A stretch of 64,000 nucleotides of DNA from Magallana gigas (taxonomy: Eukaryota): assembly GCF_963853765.1 (NCBI RefSeq), contig NC_088859.1:33170001-33234000 (forward strand). Direction: 5' to 3'. The translations under genes and the position numbers were made by a program. Below, piece after piece: positions 1 through 18,275 of this stretch. Below the pieces are notes generated by a model that saw only the letters and a program-made list of their open reading frames with translations, ran no database searches and was not told the DNA's origin. Each line of letters starts with the position of its first letter. Positions within the stretch are counted from its first letter, which is position 1.

Positions 1-471
1 TTTACAGTTTGAAGTTGTACTTTCATGATCAGTGCGAGACAAATAGGTATTTCTGATGTGATAATTTACTGATGACGTTCGTGGTATATTGGAGAATAAT
101 GTCCGCGACATCTCTTTGATCTTGGCAATAACTGTAGTAGAATCTGAAGTTATATTAGCAAGTTACAAAATATTATTTATTTTTATGTGTTGTAAACTGT
201 AAGTTATTATTGCTCTCGTGTAACTATAGCTCTTGAATTTCCCTGTTAAGCTACAGCTCTATGGCTAGAGTCAAGCTGGAGCTTGTAGATTTTTTACATT
301 TATAGAATTTTTAGAAGAATTATTTTATATGACAAAATATTGTAAATTTTTGTAAATTAAAAAAAATTACATTTCAAATATGATTGAGCTACTCTCACAT
401 ATATAAAATTTTAGTGTCTCATACCACTATTATCATTATCTATCATAAGAATTGCACAGTTTTTCTTTTAA

Positions 472-1396
472 GGTATCCCACTCCTCAATGTTGTTGTATC
501 AAGATTTTCTGGAGAAGTATATCATTGAAATCTGTAGACAAAACAAACTTAAAAAATACAAAGATAATGGGGGATCAGTATCCATCCCTCTGAGTTATGG
601 CCAATTTAATTTGACCTTTTTACACCTAAAATGCAATTTCATCCTGATTAGGATTTGTTGTCAGTATTTTTGATTAAGCAAACTTATTTCTTCAAATATT
701 GTTTTTAATTATGCACAATGGTCACACTGAATAGAGGGATTACGAAAAAAAATTGTACAAAGCTGCATAAATTTTTGTGTGACCTTTTTGCACTTAAAAT
801 AGACAATTTCTATAATAGTTACAATTTGATTTGAAATAAAAACTTTTTGAATATCAAAAATTTTATAAGATTAATCCAGTTTGCCTAAATATGTATTCAG
901 TATCATTTTGACATAATATAACATGGGGGTCAGTGATGTCAAGTTTTAGATATAGGGCTTCAAAGGTAAAATTCTCGCAAAATTTGGCTTAAAAAAATTC
1001 AGACATGTTCTATATATATGCATGATTTTATGCTAAACGGCTATCATATTCTCAAGATTTGATTTTGTACATGTCACACAGAACCTATAAAATATGTTAC
1101 AAACCTATCAAATGTTAAAAATGTGAATAATGAATAAAGTATAATAAAAAGAAAAGTATATTGAAAATTCATAAAATTGCTTGTTTCTGTCATTTTCGTC
1201 TAAAAAGCCTTCCGCACGAAAAAATAGTTCCCCAAAAAACTTGTTTGTTTCTTGAATTCAAATGGATTTTCTTTATGAATGTTGTGTAATTATGAAATAA
1301 TAATCTATCTGTGATGATTAAATAAATAAAATCATGTTCATTTTAGATATAATGATCATCTGCGCAATGAAATCAAAACATGAGGAGTGAGATACC
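472..1396. mobile_element. Non-autonomous TIR element with TTAA TSD (Kolobok-like MITE)
   Basis: TTAA|GGTATCCCACTCCTCAATG at 468-490 and CATGAGGAGTGAGATACC|TTAA at 1379-1400 form terminal inverted repeats. No coding capacity. The superfamily is inferred from the TTAA TSD plus purine-purine start. Confidence 0.75.
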
Positions 1397-2383
1397 TTAA
1401 CTAAAAATCAGAATTAGGAATTCATTAATATATTTCTTCTTTTTTTCAGGGCCATGAAGGGTTTGATCCCAACAAAAAGCCCCACATTTTCTTGAGATCT
1501 TGCTTTGATGAGCTGAAACCAAGCATGAAAAAAACCTAGTGATGCATGTTGCATACCTTGTGTGCGGGTCCATCCAAGTTCACGTTTATTGAACAGAGAA
1601 AACATTGTTGATCATCAAATCATGTTGCGTCATACATATGTTCAAAACATCATGAACCTGAACATTTAAGCCTTTTTGAAGTGATGTTATCACTTTACTA
1701 CATTTACATTTGAACTCCTGATTATTTTCAATTCAATGGTCATAAATTAAATGTATTCTGTATTGTTTCATTTTTGTTTATTCCACCTCTTTTTCTACAT
1801 CTTATGTGCTGCGGGATAGCAAGAACAATAACAATGATTGTTCTTTCAAACCTTTTGATAATTTCATGTTCAAGTATTTGTCTAATGCTTGTGCAAGATA
1901 TTATTTGGAATTTATTGATTAAAGGACTTGCAAGTGAAGTTATTTTTTCCATATTGTGTAAATGCCTTCTCTTTTAGAACATGCTCAATTACAGCCTTCT
2001 TCAGAAAACAAAAAATGAATTACTAGTAGATAAATAGACCCTAAAAAACCCACCAAAAGAGAAACTAGCACGTCAACTAAAACTACAATAGAAACTATGA
2101 TAAGCTACCTATAAACAGTTTTGTGATACAATCTACTTCCTGTTTATTTTTCACGTAGTGTGGTGTCGGCTTTATATTATAATAGAATGATTTTTTTTAT
2201 ACACCAAATCCATGTTTATTTTTTTTTATCATGAATATCATTACCTTTATCATAGTGAATTTCTCTGGTAATACCACCGAAAAATAAAATAAAAGATATA
2301 GAGGCTTAGGCAACACGTCTTTGACGCCTGTTTCCCCCGTTTTGTAAAGAATCCGAGGTACATGTATAATTAAACAAAACCAC

Positions 2384-2965
2384 CTGTTCCTGGATGTTTC
2401 TTTTAACTTTGCAATCGAAGGAACAAGCTACGGAGAGTTTGTCTTTACTGTCTATAGTTATACCGCCAGGCATATAGTAGTCAAACAGTGGATAGGGCTC
2501 TCTCTGGTAGGCGCAAATTGTGACTGTGTTTTAAAATTTCTAATAATTTTTTACGCCTATTTTTTTCAGTGATATGTAAATCCCTTTGGATATTTACATT
2601 TTGCTCCGGTAGATTTTCAGGCAGTGAGGCAACGTATAGAATATGCTTTGTTTGTTGGTTGCCCAGACCATTTGAAATGCCAACATCTTTGACCATTGTG
2701 TGTAAACTGTCATTCAAAATCAATCGATATTTTTGCCATATTTTCAATGTCAGCAACGGTAGAGCATATCGCTCCCGTTATTTGTAGTGGCTAAGTAATC
2801 ATAACGTAAGCACTCGTATTTTTTTTAACCGATGTAAATGTTAACCTGCCCAGACCCTTCCGGGGGGGGGGGGGGGGTTGCATTTGCCGTCATTTATGCA
2901 TGTCAGTAATCTATGGTCTAGTTCGTGAAGTTTGGTCACTTTCTTGGTGGCCCAATGACCAGTTC
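2384..2965 (-). pseudogene. RGN: Regucalcin pseudogene (remnants of coding exons 2, 3 and 4)
   Basis: Exon-2 remnant ~2844-2965 (VTKLHELDH..INDGKC..GRVWAG, with the GGGG tract expanded to a long G run). Exon-3 remnant ~2598-2770 ([22 protein letters not shown], frameshifted). Exon-4 remnant ~2384-2520 (DYYMPGGITIDSKDKLSVAC..PGTG followed by a GT donor). Exons 1 and 5 were not found. Confidence 0.85.
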
Positions 2966-3180
2966 ACATTTTTAACGTGAACCACAAACCCTACTGTTTC
3001 TTCTAAAGAGACAAACCTTATTTCATAACGTAAAAGTTATCAAACTTTAATTCCTTGGTCGATCCTTGTCAATTTTTGATGCAAATGCGAGATTAATGGT
3101 CCACCTATTGGGTCTTTTAGTCAAATACGGACAGACGTACATAATATCAATATTTTTTTGGAACATACGAAATGTCCGTT

Positions 3181-3473
3181 TTAAGGAACATGGTCACGGT
3201 TTTGGTCAAAAAATATTTTCCGATTTTAATTTTTACAATGCTTCAGTAAGGCATTTTAATGGGCAATCCAAAATTTAGTTATAAGCGGGTTACAGAGCTT
3301 ACAATTCTTAGCTTAAAAGTTTGTAAACAAAGCTTTTGTTTACATTTTAACTGTTGAAGTGAAAATTCCAGTTTTATACCTAAAATGAATGTGTTAAACG
3401 TTAGGAACTGTTTATTTATGCTTTAATTGAAGAAGATAGACAAATTAGCTCGAAAAAGAGTTTTTTACTTTCA
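3181..3473 (+). mobile_element. 5' part of a MITE related to the 51091-51561 element
   Basis: Starts TTAAGGAACATGGTCACGGTTTTGGTC like the left TIR at 51091 and shares internal motifs (GTTATAAGCG, ACAGAGCTTACAATTCTT, TGTAAACAAAGCTTTTGTTT). It is cut off by the Helentron-type element at 3474. Confidence 0.55.
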
Positions 3474-3517
<44 letters not shown>

Positions 3518-3586
3518 ATTTTGTCTGTCGCCCGTCCGTCTGTCCGTCCGTAAACTTTGCACATTTTCAACATCTTCTCAAGAACT

Positions 3587-3618
<32 letters not shown>

Positions 3619-4590
3619 TCATCTTTAGGCAAAGGGGATTCAAAGTTGTGAAAATTAAGGGCCACATTCTTTTTCAAGGGGAGATAAATAGAAATTAATG
3701 AAAAAAATTGAGAAAATTTCAAAAATCTTCTTCTCAAGAACCATTAAGCCAGGAAAGCTGAAACTTGTGTGGTAGCATCTTCAGGTAGTGTTCAGATGTG
3801 AAAATCATGACCCCTGGGGGTAGGGTAAGGCCACAATGGGGGGTCGAAGTTTTACATAGGATTATATAAAGTAAATCTTTAAAAATCTTCTTCTTAGAAA
3901 CTAATCAGCCAGGATAGCTGAAACTTGTGTGGGGGCATCCTCAGGTAGTGTAGATTCAAAGTTGTGAAAATCATGACCCCTGGGGGTAGGGTGGGGCACA
4001 ATGAAGGGTCGAAGTTTTACATAGGAATATATAGAGTAAATCTTTAAAAATCTTCTCCTCAAAAACTAATCAGCCAGGAAAGCTGAAACTTTTGTGGAAG
4101 CATTCTCAGATAGTGTAGATTCAAAGTTGTGAAAATCACGACCCCCGGATGTAGGGTGGGGTCACAATGGAGGATCGAAGTTTTACATGGGAACATATAG
4201 AGTAAATCTTGAAAAATCTTCTTCTCAGAAACTAATTAGCCAGATGATTCTTTATAATTCTGAAGACTTTGGCTCCAGGACAATTCTTCGGCCTCACAAG
4301 AAGGTTCAGAGTTTGATGTAGCTTTATACCCCATATATAAACAATTGTTAAGGATCTTTTTGAGAACTGCAATACACAACATGTGATATGACTATAAAAT
4401 CATCCTGTTGGAAAAGGGACTAATGATTATAAACATAAGAATATCCAGGGGTAAAAATGGATTTAATTTATACAGGATCTTCATATATTATTGTAAATTG
4501 TCCAGATAGTTTGTATTATGACTGCATTAAGCTGATTTTATCATACCTATTGTTCCTCAGGTGAGCGATGTGGCCCATGGACCTCTTGTT
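3474..4590 (+). mobile_element. Helentron-associated non-autonomous element (HINE) carrying Cg170-like satellite monomers
   Basis: 5' TTAGCTCACCTGAG is inverted against 3' CTCAGGTGAGCG. A (GTCC)n microsatellite lies near 3530-3550. Tandem monomers are marked by AAAAATCTTC at 3721, 3881, 4046 and 4212 (160-166 bp). The end carries a GTGGCCCATGGAC hairpin followed by CTCTTGTT. This matches the architecture described for bivalve HINEs; the Cg170 identity is from recalled sequence, not a search. Confidence 0.85.
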
Positions 4591-4748
4591 TATGTGTAAG
4601 ATTAAAAAATCTTTTACCATATGAAAATACTTGGAAGACTTTACAGAGATGTTGCTCTGTAAATCTTTAGTATATACTAATACTTATTTCAAGATTACTC
4701 AACTTACTTCATTTTTTAAAATATAAAATACTGTTTTTTAAAAGTTCA

Positions 4749-6308
4749 ATGGATAAAAGAATCTTCATCAAAGAAAGCAGACAAACCAGTGGTGGACGGG
4801 GGTTGGGGCTGGATGGTTGTGTTTGGTGCCTTTATAATAAGCGTAATAACTGACGGATGCTCATATTCATTCGGGGTGTTGTTCACACACCTAGTCGACT
4901 ATTTCCAGGCAAACAGAAGCTTTCCGTATTTAACGCCGCCCCACTTCTATTTGGACCCTTTGCCAGCATAATCGCCAAACGGTTCGGTTTCCGAGCTACA
5001 ACAATAGGTGGAGGTATAATTGCTGCGATTGGGATTTATGCGAGTGTTTTTGCAAATTCCTTGGGAATCCTTGTTTTAACATACGGGTGTATTGCTGGTT
5101 TTGGAATTTCCTTGGCCTAATTGGCATCAGCTGTTGTGGTGATGATTTATTTTAATGAAAAGCGTTCCCTTGCAACGGGCTTGGCAGAAAGTGGAGCCGG
5201 TATTGGAACGCTAGTTTTTGTACCTCTTTTGCAGTTTCTAATTACAGAGTACGGTTGGCGTGGATCACTGCTGATATTGAGTTCTATTGTGTTAAATGTT
5301 GTTCTTTGTGGTGTTTTGTTCAGGCCTAAACATGCTTTAGAAATGACCAATATACCGATATGTGATGAAAGAAGCGAGGAATCTAGTGTCGTAATGGAGA
5401 TATGTGGTGTCGAAAATGATGAAACTCAAACAAATCATTGTGTTGAAAAACAATCCTCCTTAAAACCTGAAAGTTGTTCAACGATAGATGGAAGCCTTTA
5501 TTCATTATCGAACAAAATTAAAATTAGCGACAAACATATTAAATCTCGTCTGGAACAAAATGATTACGGAGAAACCGAGTATAAAGATCGTTACAAGTCT
5601 CGTAAATTCGTTGATTTGAAAATCTTAATTGGCATTTTGTGGTATTTTTGATTGCAAACTTTAACTTTACTTTTAGTATGACGTCCCTTATGTTTTTACA
5701 GTTGATAGAGTTCAAGAGATTAGAGGTTCCAAGTCTCAAGGTGCATTTGTAGTGTCAAGTATTGGAATAGTCCACACAATTGGCAATGTTGTATTTGGCT
5801 TTTTAGGTGATTGTAATAGAGTCAACCGTTCTATTTTGTATATAGTTTTTCAATGTGGCTTGCCGGCCTTTGTCTCGCGTTGGTTCCGCTGTCCAGGAAT
5901 TCGCTGTCATTTGCAGTATTTGATGGAATATATGGTTGGTTTCTTTACGGCATCTTCTGAGGCTTTGTCCTGTATAATAGTGGATGATATTTTGGGTACA
6001 TCGTCATTGTCAGATGGGTATGGAATTTTGATGCTCATTCAAGGAATTGCAAATTTGGGCGGACCACCACTTGCAGGTACTGGTACGCACACACAAACAC
6101 ACATTTTGTTTTTCTTCCGCAAAAAATAATTGTTTTACAGTTCGAATTAGTAATTTGCTATCTTTCAGGCTGGCTGTTTGATATCTCTGGTTCCTATAAC
6201 AACACGTTTTTTGCTGCTGGAGGGTCCATTGTGTTTCTTGGAATGTTGTTCGAGATTGTTCCCATCCATTCTCGGTTATACAAACAGAACACTTGTAAAA
6301 TAAATTGA
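4749..6308 (+). pseudogene. Monocarboxylate transporter (SLC16/MCT family) pseudogene
   Basis: MCT motifs present: VDGGWGWMVVFGAF, YFNEKRSLATGLAESGAG, EYGWRGSLLIL, YDVPYVF, GPPLAG/WLFD. Lesions: ATG at 4749 is out of frame with DGGWG, a frameshift/deletion near 4920, an in-frame TAA at 5118-5120, a TAG near 5675, and further frameshifts. One phase-1 GT-AG intron is retained at 6077-6168. Confidence 0.9.
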
Positions 6309-6434
<126 letters not shown>

Positions 6435-7662
6435 TGAGGCCACGTGAAAACGTTCTACTATCCCAGTGATCCTTTGCGGTGCATAGCAACATGGTGGAAC
6501 AGAGAGTGTTTCTACGTAAAATTCTTACCTCTACATCGCATACATCATTTTCATTTAACAATAAAAAAAATCCTTCTATATAAAAACATTACAGTAAACA
6601 ACACATAAGCTTACGTAAAAAACCGAACTTTTGCTGACATATGACGTCATTTCCTTCTCCGAATTTGTCCGACAATTTACGAAAACTGTCGAGCGCAAAA
6701 GAATGTTAACTATGACGTCACAAAGATCTCGCGTTTTAATTTCCCGCGATACAATACATTTAGAGGTGGATCAAGCATATGTACTGGATCATGTAGGAAG
6801 TACTCAGTATCAGTGTTAACGGTGACTCTTTGGCTGATTAGTTTTGTTTTGATGATTTTTTTTTTTTGCTTAGTAAATACACATGCAAGTTCCATGCTAA
6901 ATTTATTGTCATATTGATCCAATCATATATGCATACGTTAGGTAGGTGACAAAAAATTAATAAGAAAGAAAAGTCTAATCATTATTAGATCTACGTGCAG
7001 CCACGTCATTTTGTAATGAATAGATAAATGAAAAAAATTAAACTATTAAAATATCTACCGATACATGTATTTGTTATATAGTTGCATATGTGGTCAAATA
7101 ATATTGGATATCACACACTAAGAAAGGGGTGAGGGCACATGTCTACAACGTTTATATAGCGTACAAAAATTAAAAAAAGATTTAAAACAAAATTAATGTC
7201 ACTGAGGAAAATAATTAAAACACGGGTTACAACAAGGAACAAAATGAGAAATAACAAACAAAATTTATTTTTACTGATTTTAATGATCATTATTAAAAGG
7301 TAAAGAAAAGATAAAACATAATTGTATCTACATAAAAAAACGGCGTTGTGTTTATCAAAATATTTTAATACAATGTAAGTCTGTTTAACATTTTATTAAT
7401 GCTCAGTGGTAGTTTGTTTAAGTGTATAAGACTAGGAAGGGGCCATTGGAATAAAAGTTTGATAATTTCGGGTTCCTTGCGGTGGTAAAAGTTTTCGAGA
7501 CAAAGCCAAAGTTTTTTTGTTAGGGCAAGTCCACGGGTTGCATTTAACAATGATGACAGATGTGTGGTTCCCTCTGCGCTCGCCCCAACGGTCACACCGT
7601 AAAACATATTACATGTATATATGAAATGGTTGTTAAAAATATGTAACCAGATGGGATCTTAA

Positions 7663-7995
7663 GGTGGAATAACACATCGTCATAAAATGGCTGACCTCTG
7701 ATCGAAACGACATTTTGTTTTATGAAAAGGATTTTATCGACGGCAACATATAACTTACTTCATAGCCGAGTGGATAAAGTGTCGGGCTTGTGATCCATTC
7801 ATACCGAGTTCGAATCCCGCAGGGACTTTTGTTGTTACTTACTGAATTGATTTTTTAGATATTCATTTTTTTTATCCTCAATTTGCAAATTTTTCGCTTA
7901 TTTGACATATGTATAGTTCATTTAGCATTATACCTTTCATAATCAAATAATTTACAATTAATTTCAGTGACTTTTTCCAGGTGTGTTATTCCACC
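7663..7995. mobile_element. TTAA-flanked MITE with internal tRNA-like A/B boxes
   Basis: TTAA|GGTGGAATAACACA ... TGTGTTATTCCACC|TTAA. A-box TAGCCGAGTGG at 7763-7773 and B-box GAGTTCGAATCCC at 7806-7818. Confidence 0.8.
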
Positions 7996-8103
7996 TTAAG
8001 AAGTACTTTTCATAAGCTTTTCAGTTTTTTGTAATTTTAACATTTACTGTTTAATTATTCTTTAAAAGCTTAACATCATTCATCGAAAGGCACCGTTACA
8101 CAA

Positions 8104-9184
8104 CGCGGCTATGTTAAGGCTGTCCGAAGCTAAATATTTATCGAAAAATGATACTATTTTAATTATCGAAAAATACTTTAACCGAGCGAGTTTCTTTAAA
8201 CTTTTATTACATAAATTAACAGTGACATCCAACACTATATTTGATGTATTTTTGTGACGTCATATATTTTTCTTAAGCACGTGACGGTGTATTCTTACAC
8301 GGAATATATAATCTATAAAAATCGCATAGACCCCTTCACGATAACTGCGGTACTGCTATCTTGCAGGGCAAAATGATATACTTTGCCGAAATTTCAGTAG
8401 GTAGATAATTAAATGACGTAAATGACACAATTGACGTTACGTCATATTTCACCAAACTATGTCATTTTGCCCTGCAAAAGAGCAGTGCCGCAGTTACCGT
8501 GAAGGGGTTCATTGGCGCAAGTGAATAATGACATTAAATCAAAAATGTTTTTGTAAAAAATCCTTCGATAAGTAATGTATTTTGCAGTTCTTGCTGGGGG
8601 TTCATACAAATATTTCGTTTATTTGAAATATTGTCAAAACATTTCGCACCGCCATCGAAATTAGGCACATTTTTACCTTTTAGGCTCGATTTACACAAAA
8701 TCGGGTCAATTGGTAGGTTTCCCCCAGCAAGATTCACATTGGTACTTATTTTCTCTCCCGATTTCACGTAAAATATACTAAGATTGTTTTTATCTTTCAC
8801 TTGTGCCAAGCCGTTTTTTATTTGCATTATACATATCACCATTCATTGGATTACACGTAGCAGGGGGAGTCTCAAAACCATTAGTTTATGAATAGTTATT
8901 TACCTATTACGAAGCTTTAAACTGTTGGTTTTTTTATACTCCATATCGGTGATATTGAATTTAGTATCGCTAGTATTTTCAACAGTGTCTATGTAAAGGA
9001 ATGAAGCGGTTTTATTATGCACAATGAATATCACATTACGTTACGATACATTCCCTACGAACGATCGAAAGGAATGCAGATAGTGACGTCAGAGTTAACT
9101 ATGACGTCATATCGTATGAAGTACAGACAAGTGACTTTCTACATATCGCTGTGAAATTAATCGGGCAGCCTTAACATAGCCGCG
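8104..9184. mobile_element. Non-autonomous TIR element hosting a nested MITE
   Basis: CGCGGCTATGTTAAGGCTGTCCGA at 8104 is inverted against TCGGGCAGCCTTAACATAGCCGCG ending at 9184. No clear TSD. Confidence 0.65.
8330..8508. mobile_element. ~180 bp MITE
   Basis: About 50-bp imperfect TIRs: ACCCCTTCACGATAACTGCGGTACTGCTATCTTGCAGGGCAAAATGA and TCATTTTGCCCTGCAAAAGAGCAGTGCCGCAGTTACCGTGAAGGGGT. Confidence 0.8.
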
Positions 9185-10108
9185 AAGAATAAACTAAGTC
9201 TTGTAATCCCCCCCACCCCCATCGATTTTATTACACCACACCCTACTGCCGCCTAAACCTCGTGACCGACGTGTAGTATTTCTTTTGTGGTTAAATATTT
9301 TGCAGGTAGGAATAGCGGGATAGGGATGGAACAGAACGATGGTTTAACAAAGCGAAAGTAGCCTCCTAATTTCAGCGCAAACTAAACTTCCAGATAGGTT
9401 GTGTATTACGATATATTCACGTTGTTCTGAAAAAAAACCCCATTTTAAACAATATTTTGATATTTCTATTGATATATTTTGGCATAATTAGTTACTTTCA
9501 TAGAAGTAAAGAAAAACATAACTCCAATTTTTGCCTAAAATTAGCTTATTTCATGTAATATCTCAATCTTTTAAGATGTGACCCCTACTTTTTTTTTTTT
9601 ACTTTTATACGAGAAGTCAAGAAAAAGTTAACTCCAATTCTGGCCTAAAATTAGGTTATTTTATGTACCGGGTAATATCTCAAGTTTTTGATAGATGCAC
9701 ATGACCTCTACTTATTTTTAACTTTTTTTATATGAGACATTAAATGTTTATCTATTTGTATGCAAAGTTTTGGAAAGTTGGCATTACTATTATTTTTTTT
9801 TAATAGCGTTATAGTTTGATAACTCCAAAATTTTGTAACACTCTTACATTTGCTGTTGTATTCATTATGTACTGACATTTGAAGCAATCAGTAAAGAAAG
9901 GTTTTTTAAACTGTCGTACACGTAGTTTGATAGCTTCCCCGCAATGTATACAATCACTGGGTTTTTTTGTCTATAGAAATTAAATTAATATAGCACTATG
10001 ATGATTTTGATGATTAAAAATGCTACACGCGATGCAGGGTAAGTTTTCGGAAACGTATATGTAAATATTTTAAAAGCTGTCAATTTCGTAACGGTAGGTT
10101 TATGCTGT

Positions 10109-11910
10109 GACGTCGCGCACGGTGTTGGTGTTAATTTCGGTAACGTAAAAAAAACGTCAAAAACGTCATTTTCACTCGTCATTATCATAACTGAATGATA
10201 CATTTCATTAACCACAACATACAAATAAATTAAAAAATAAGACCTTTAAGTTGGGTTTTTTTTCCACATGTAACAGATTTTATATTTCAAAACTGTTATA
10301 TAAATAAATATTTGTAAGAAATATCAATGTTCAAAAGCATGTGATTCGCTCACAGCTTTCAATTCTTATTCCTAAATTCTTAAATGAACTTCCTCTGAAA
10401 TTAGTCATATATTATAAAGAATAGCTTTTGATTCAAAAATGATATACAAAACTCCTTCATTCCCGAGTCTGTTCTACCCTTCTATGTTTCCTTTTTTCTT
10501 CATTAATGTTAATTCGTAGTGTAGCAGTCAACGATCCCGTTGAAACAATCAAAATACATGTTCATCGTCACATCAGGTTTAACGTCATTGCGTCATTTTA
10601 CATGACCCTATATCTTATTAGTAAAAATAAATTAATTCGACCGGTTAAGTTAAGATTTTTATCATCAATTATGTCTGTAAGTTATTATTCCTATATCTTA
10701 TTTAGTTATTAGTATACTTTGGTACCTTCTTCACAAAATAATTTGTAGTTATTTATGATTTTCTCTAGAACTGTTTTTATGAAGAAAAACCCCGCACACA
10801 TACTGCATGCCGTAACGTTTAAGTCCTTGCGTCATTTTACGTACCCGTGACATATAACTTGATGTTGACATCATTTTTTTCCTAAAAATCAATTATTTTT
10901 ATTTGCAATGCTTGTATATTTGGCATCAAATTGTTTGGGGGAAAAAGCACATTTCTAACTGCGATTCATTTTTGTGAATTTTCTGCGCGACTTTTTAAAA
11001 GAAGTGTCTAAGTTACTTTCTCTTTCATTGCTTATGTAGTTTAATGTGTTTTTATAAAAGTGTGACATTTCATGTTGACATTCTAAAATGATTCTATTAA
11101 GAAAATTTGCGGACACATTTGCTTCTTTTTAATGGCTATACAACTTATGAAAATGCACATTCTAAAATGATTTCTATTATTATGAAATATAGCCAACATT
11201 TTTTAAAATGGGCATGATACTTGTGATCGCCATGCTACGCATAACGTTCGACTGTGAAATGTATCTCTTGTGACACGTGTCTTGAATAAACACCAGCATA
11301 ACGAAATTTTTTTTATCATTGAAAATTGAATTATTATAAAATATATATTACGAAAATTTTACACAGAAACAATTTCTCTTTATCAAAAAAGTCATATATT
11401 TAAAAAAAAACTTCAATAGATCATCGCAAGTTCCTGAATCACAATTTTTATTTTGGCAATTAACTCATCTTGCCCTGGCTATTTTCGAGGATTTTTTACG
11501 CATCTACAACTCCATTCTGGGAATTCTTTGATCCGGCGTCGATCCCTGGCATTGATTACGTCAAAAACGTTATGACGTATATCTGTTACATTATCAAAAT
11601 AATTAGTCCATCAAAAATTTCTCTCCCAAAATGAAAGTTCACCAAGATAATGTAGTTTATTTGAGATATGTACCCAAAAAGTGTTACCTATCTACATGCC
11701 ATTTCTAGAAAAAATTTCAGGTTTTAACACCGATTTATGAAATATAAAAAAAATTCCTACATTTTATTACATGTTTTGTTGAAGTCCGTATACATTCGAA
11801 TAGATCGGTATATAAAATTACATATGTCCAAATTTTTGTTTTAAAAAATACTCAAATACTGTGCGCGCACCCTGAAAGGACATTTTAACACCAACACCGT
11901 GCGCGACGTC
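10109..11910. mobile_element. 1.8 kb non-autonomous TIR element
   Basis: Perfect 26-bp TIR GACGTCGCGCACGGTGTTGGTGTTAA at 10109-10134 and its reverse complement at 11885-11910. TGT flanks both sides as a possible 3-bp TSD. No transposase ORF. Confidence 0.7.
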
Positions 11911-12284
11911 TGTATCGAGTCAATTTTGGACCGTGTTGAATGAAATCAAATCTTTTAAATAGGGGCGAAATTACGCGCTTGTAGCGTAAAGTTTATTTTG
12001 TACAGTCGATTTTTTTCTAAAAGAAATACTCTGTAAATAGTTGTGTAAAAATCTTTAAATAAAAAGAACATTACTTTTTAAATTTTAAATCATTTAACAA
12101 GTGGATTTACTACACTAAAACACGATCAATTACAACAACAAAAAATGGAAAAAAATAAACAGATTTTCATTTCTTTGTTTAATTTTCAAAGAAGAACAGT
12201 AAGAATAACTAAAAAGGCGATTTGATTGTCCCCGTTGTTTAATCTTATTGGTATATTTTAATTAAAAAAATAAGAATGGAAGAT

Positions 12285-16600
<4,316 letters not shown>

Positions 16601-16900
16601 GTTGAATCTTTTGTCAAATACAAATGTTTACTTTAGACCTAACGGAAGCATTTAGCAAGGAAGAGATTCAACCTACTTATCAGTTGCATAATAACGTGAA
16701 AGAGCTCGACTGATATATCTTTTTAAATCATCTAATGGTGTGCACAGAGGCACGTAGTACTAGTGTCAATAAGAAAGGGAGGAAACTTGTCTACTTTATC
16801 ATAATGGAAACCTTTTTTAAATGATCCTTTTACATTAAATTTTGTAGATTTTATAGCCAAGTGGCCATACTCGGACTTATTGCAATGGAATGTGATAGTT

Positions 16901-17320
16901 TATAAATAGTGCCTGTTTAGGAGGGTAAGAGTTGAAATTGACATCCGAGAAAACTACTGTCAACCGACGCGAAGCGGAGGTTGACAATGGTTTTCGAGGT
17001 GTGTCAATTTCAGTTTAGTATATAAATAGTGCCTGTTTAGGAGGGTAAGAGTTGAAATTGACATCCGAGAAAACTATTGTCAACCGACGCGAAGAAAACT
17101 TTACTAATTTTATATATGAATGACGTGAATTTTTTTTTGGCGAACCGTACGCGCATAGTTTACGCGCATGTAACAATTTGTTGTGTTACCCGTTGCTAAG
17201 TGTATTGCAAACTTTACTAATTTTATATACGAATGACGTGAATTTTTTTGGCGAACCGTACGCGCATAGTTTACGCACATGTAACAATTTGTTGTGTTAC
17301 CCGTTGCTAAGTGTATTGCA
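16901..17320. repeat. Palindromic repeat element with two local tandem duplications
   Basis: A 120-bp-period duplication (16901 and 17021) of a palindrome centred on GTCAACCGACGCGAAGCGGAGGTTGAC, followed by a 113-bp-period duplication (17097 and 17210). Confidence 0.75.
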
Positions 17321-18275
17321 ACGTTTGTATATGCGTTTATATGATCAATAAAAGAATACAACACCATTTGGTTTTTCATTTTACTTATAAACAATGTATA
17401 TCCTAAGGAAATTATGTAAATTGGTCATTGGTCAGTTGTGTTGCTACATCTTGGCTTTTCATTGGTAAGAGATTTCCCGCGGTATGTTGGTCTTTGTGTT
17501 ATGTTTTGGCGGGTATATCTATTCATATATTCAAGAGGGACGGTCGACGTTATGATCTCTTGAACATTACCTTTTTATATAAATAATTCATCAAATTGCC
17601 CGACCACAATTTGACGATACTGAGTAGTACATAGACAATATCGACTGTTGACTTTAATTTCTTTTTTTCTGATAACTTTTATTTATTTTATATCATTTTC
17701 AAGTGTAATAAACTGAGTTTTAATATGTAAAAAAATTAAATCAAGATTAATGCGTATTTGAATTAAATTCATGAAATATCACAGAAGTGTATATTATCAA
17801 GTTCGCATATTATCTAAAATAGGTCGACATTGTATATGCCTGATTGTAATAAATGGTCCATTCCAAGTGTACGAGCCCTGATCCATAACCAGGTACATAT
17901 GTAAATATAAATATATATTCATATCATTTTTAGGAAAGATATGCATTTCCGCATATTCTGTTGATGGCATTTTCAATAAAACACTTTTCTTGACATCTAA
18001 CATATGTAGATTATCATTTTACAGTATTATAATGTATATAGATATCACTACTGAAATAAAAATAGTTAAAGGCATTCGTGTCGTGTATTTATCGCATAAT
18101 CAATGACGTCACGTCTGTTTTTTTAATCTAAAGTTTAATAATTTTCAAGGTTATAATTGTTAACCAAATGTGGTTTCCAGTGAATATTTAATGAACTACA
18201 TGGTTTCTGCCACAGCCTTTAAGGCTTTATCAAAGTGTATGCTATTTTAGGTTTATCGAAATTGTTTATTTTTGA

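Noticed and set aside
1414-1980. Coding-like stretch with several short ORFs
   Set aside because: It may be a decayed gene or transposase, but no frame gave a motif I could recognise; it needs BLASTX.
7760-7830. Possible tRNA gene (also 18889-18950 and 33683-33760)
   Set aside because: A and B boxes are present, but I could not form acceptor and anticodon stems, and they lie inside repeats.
8534-8842. 102-aa ORF inside a TIR element
   Set aside because: No recognisable transposase or other domain, so probably chance or a decayed remnant.
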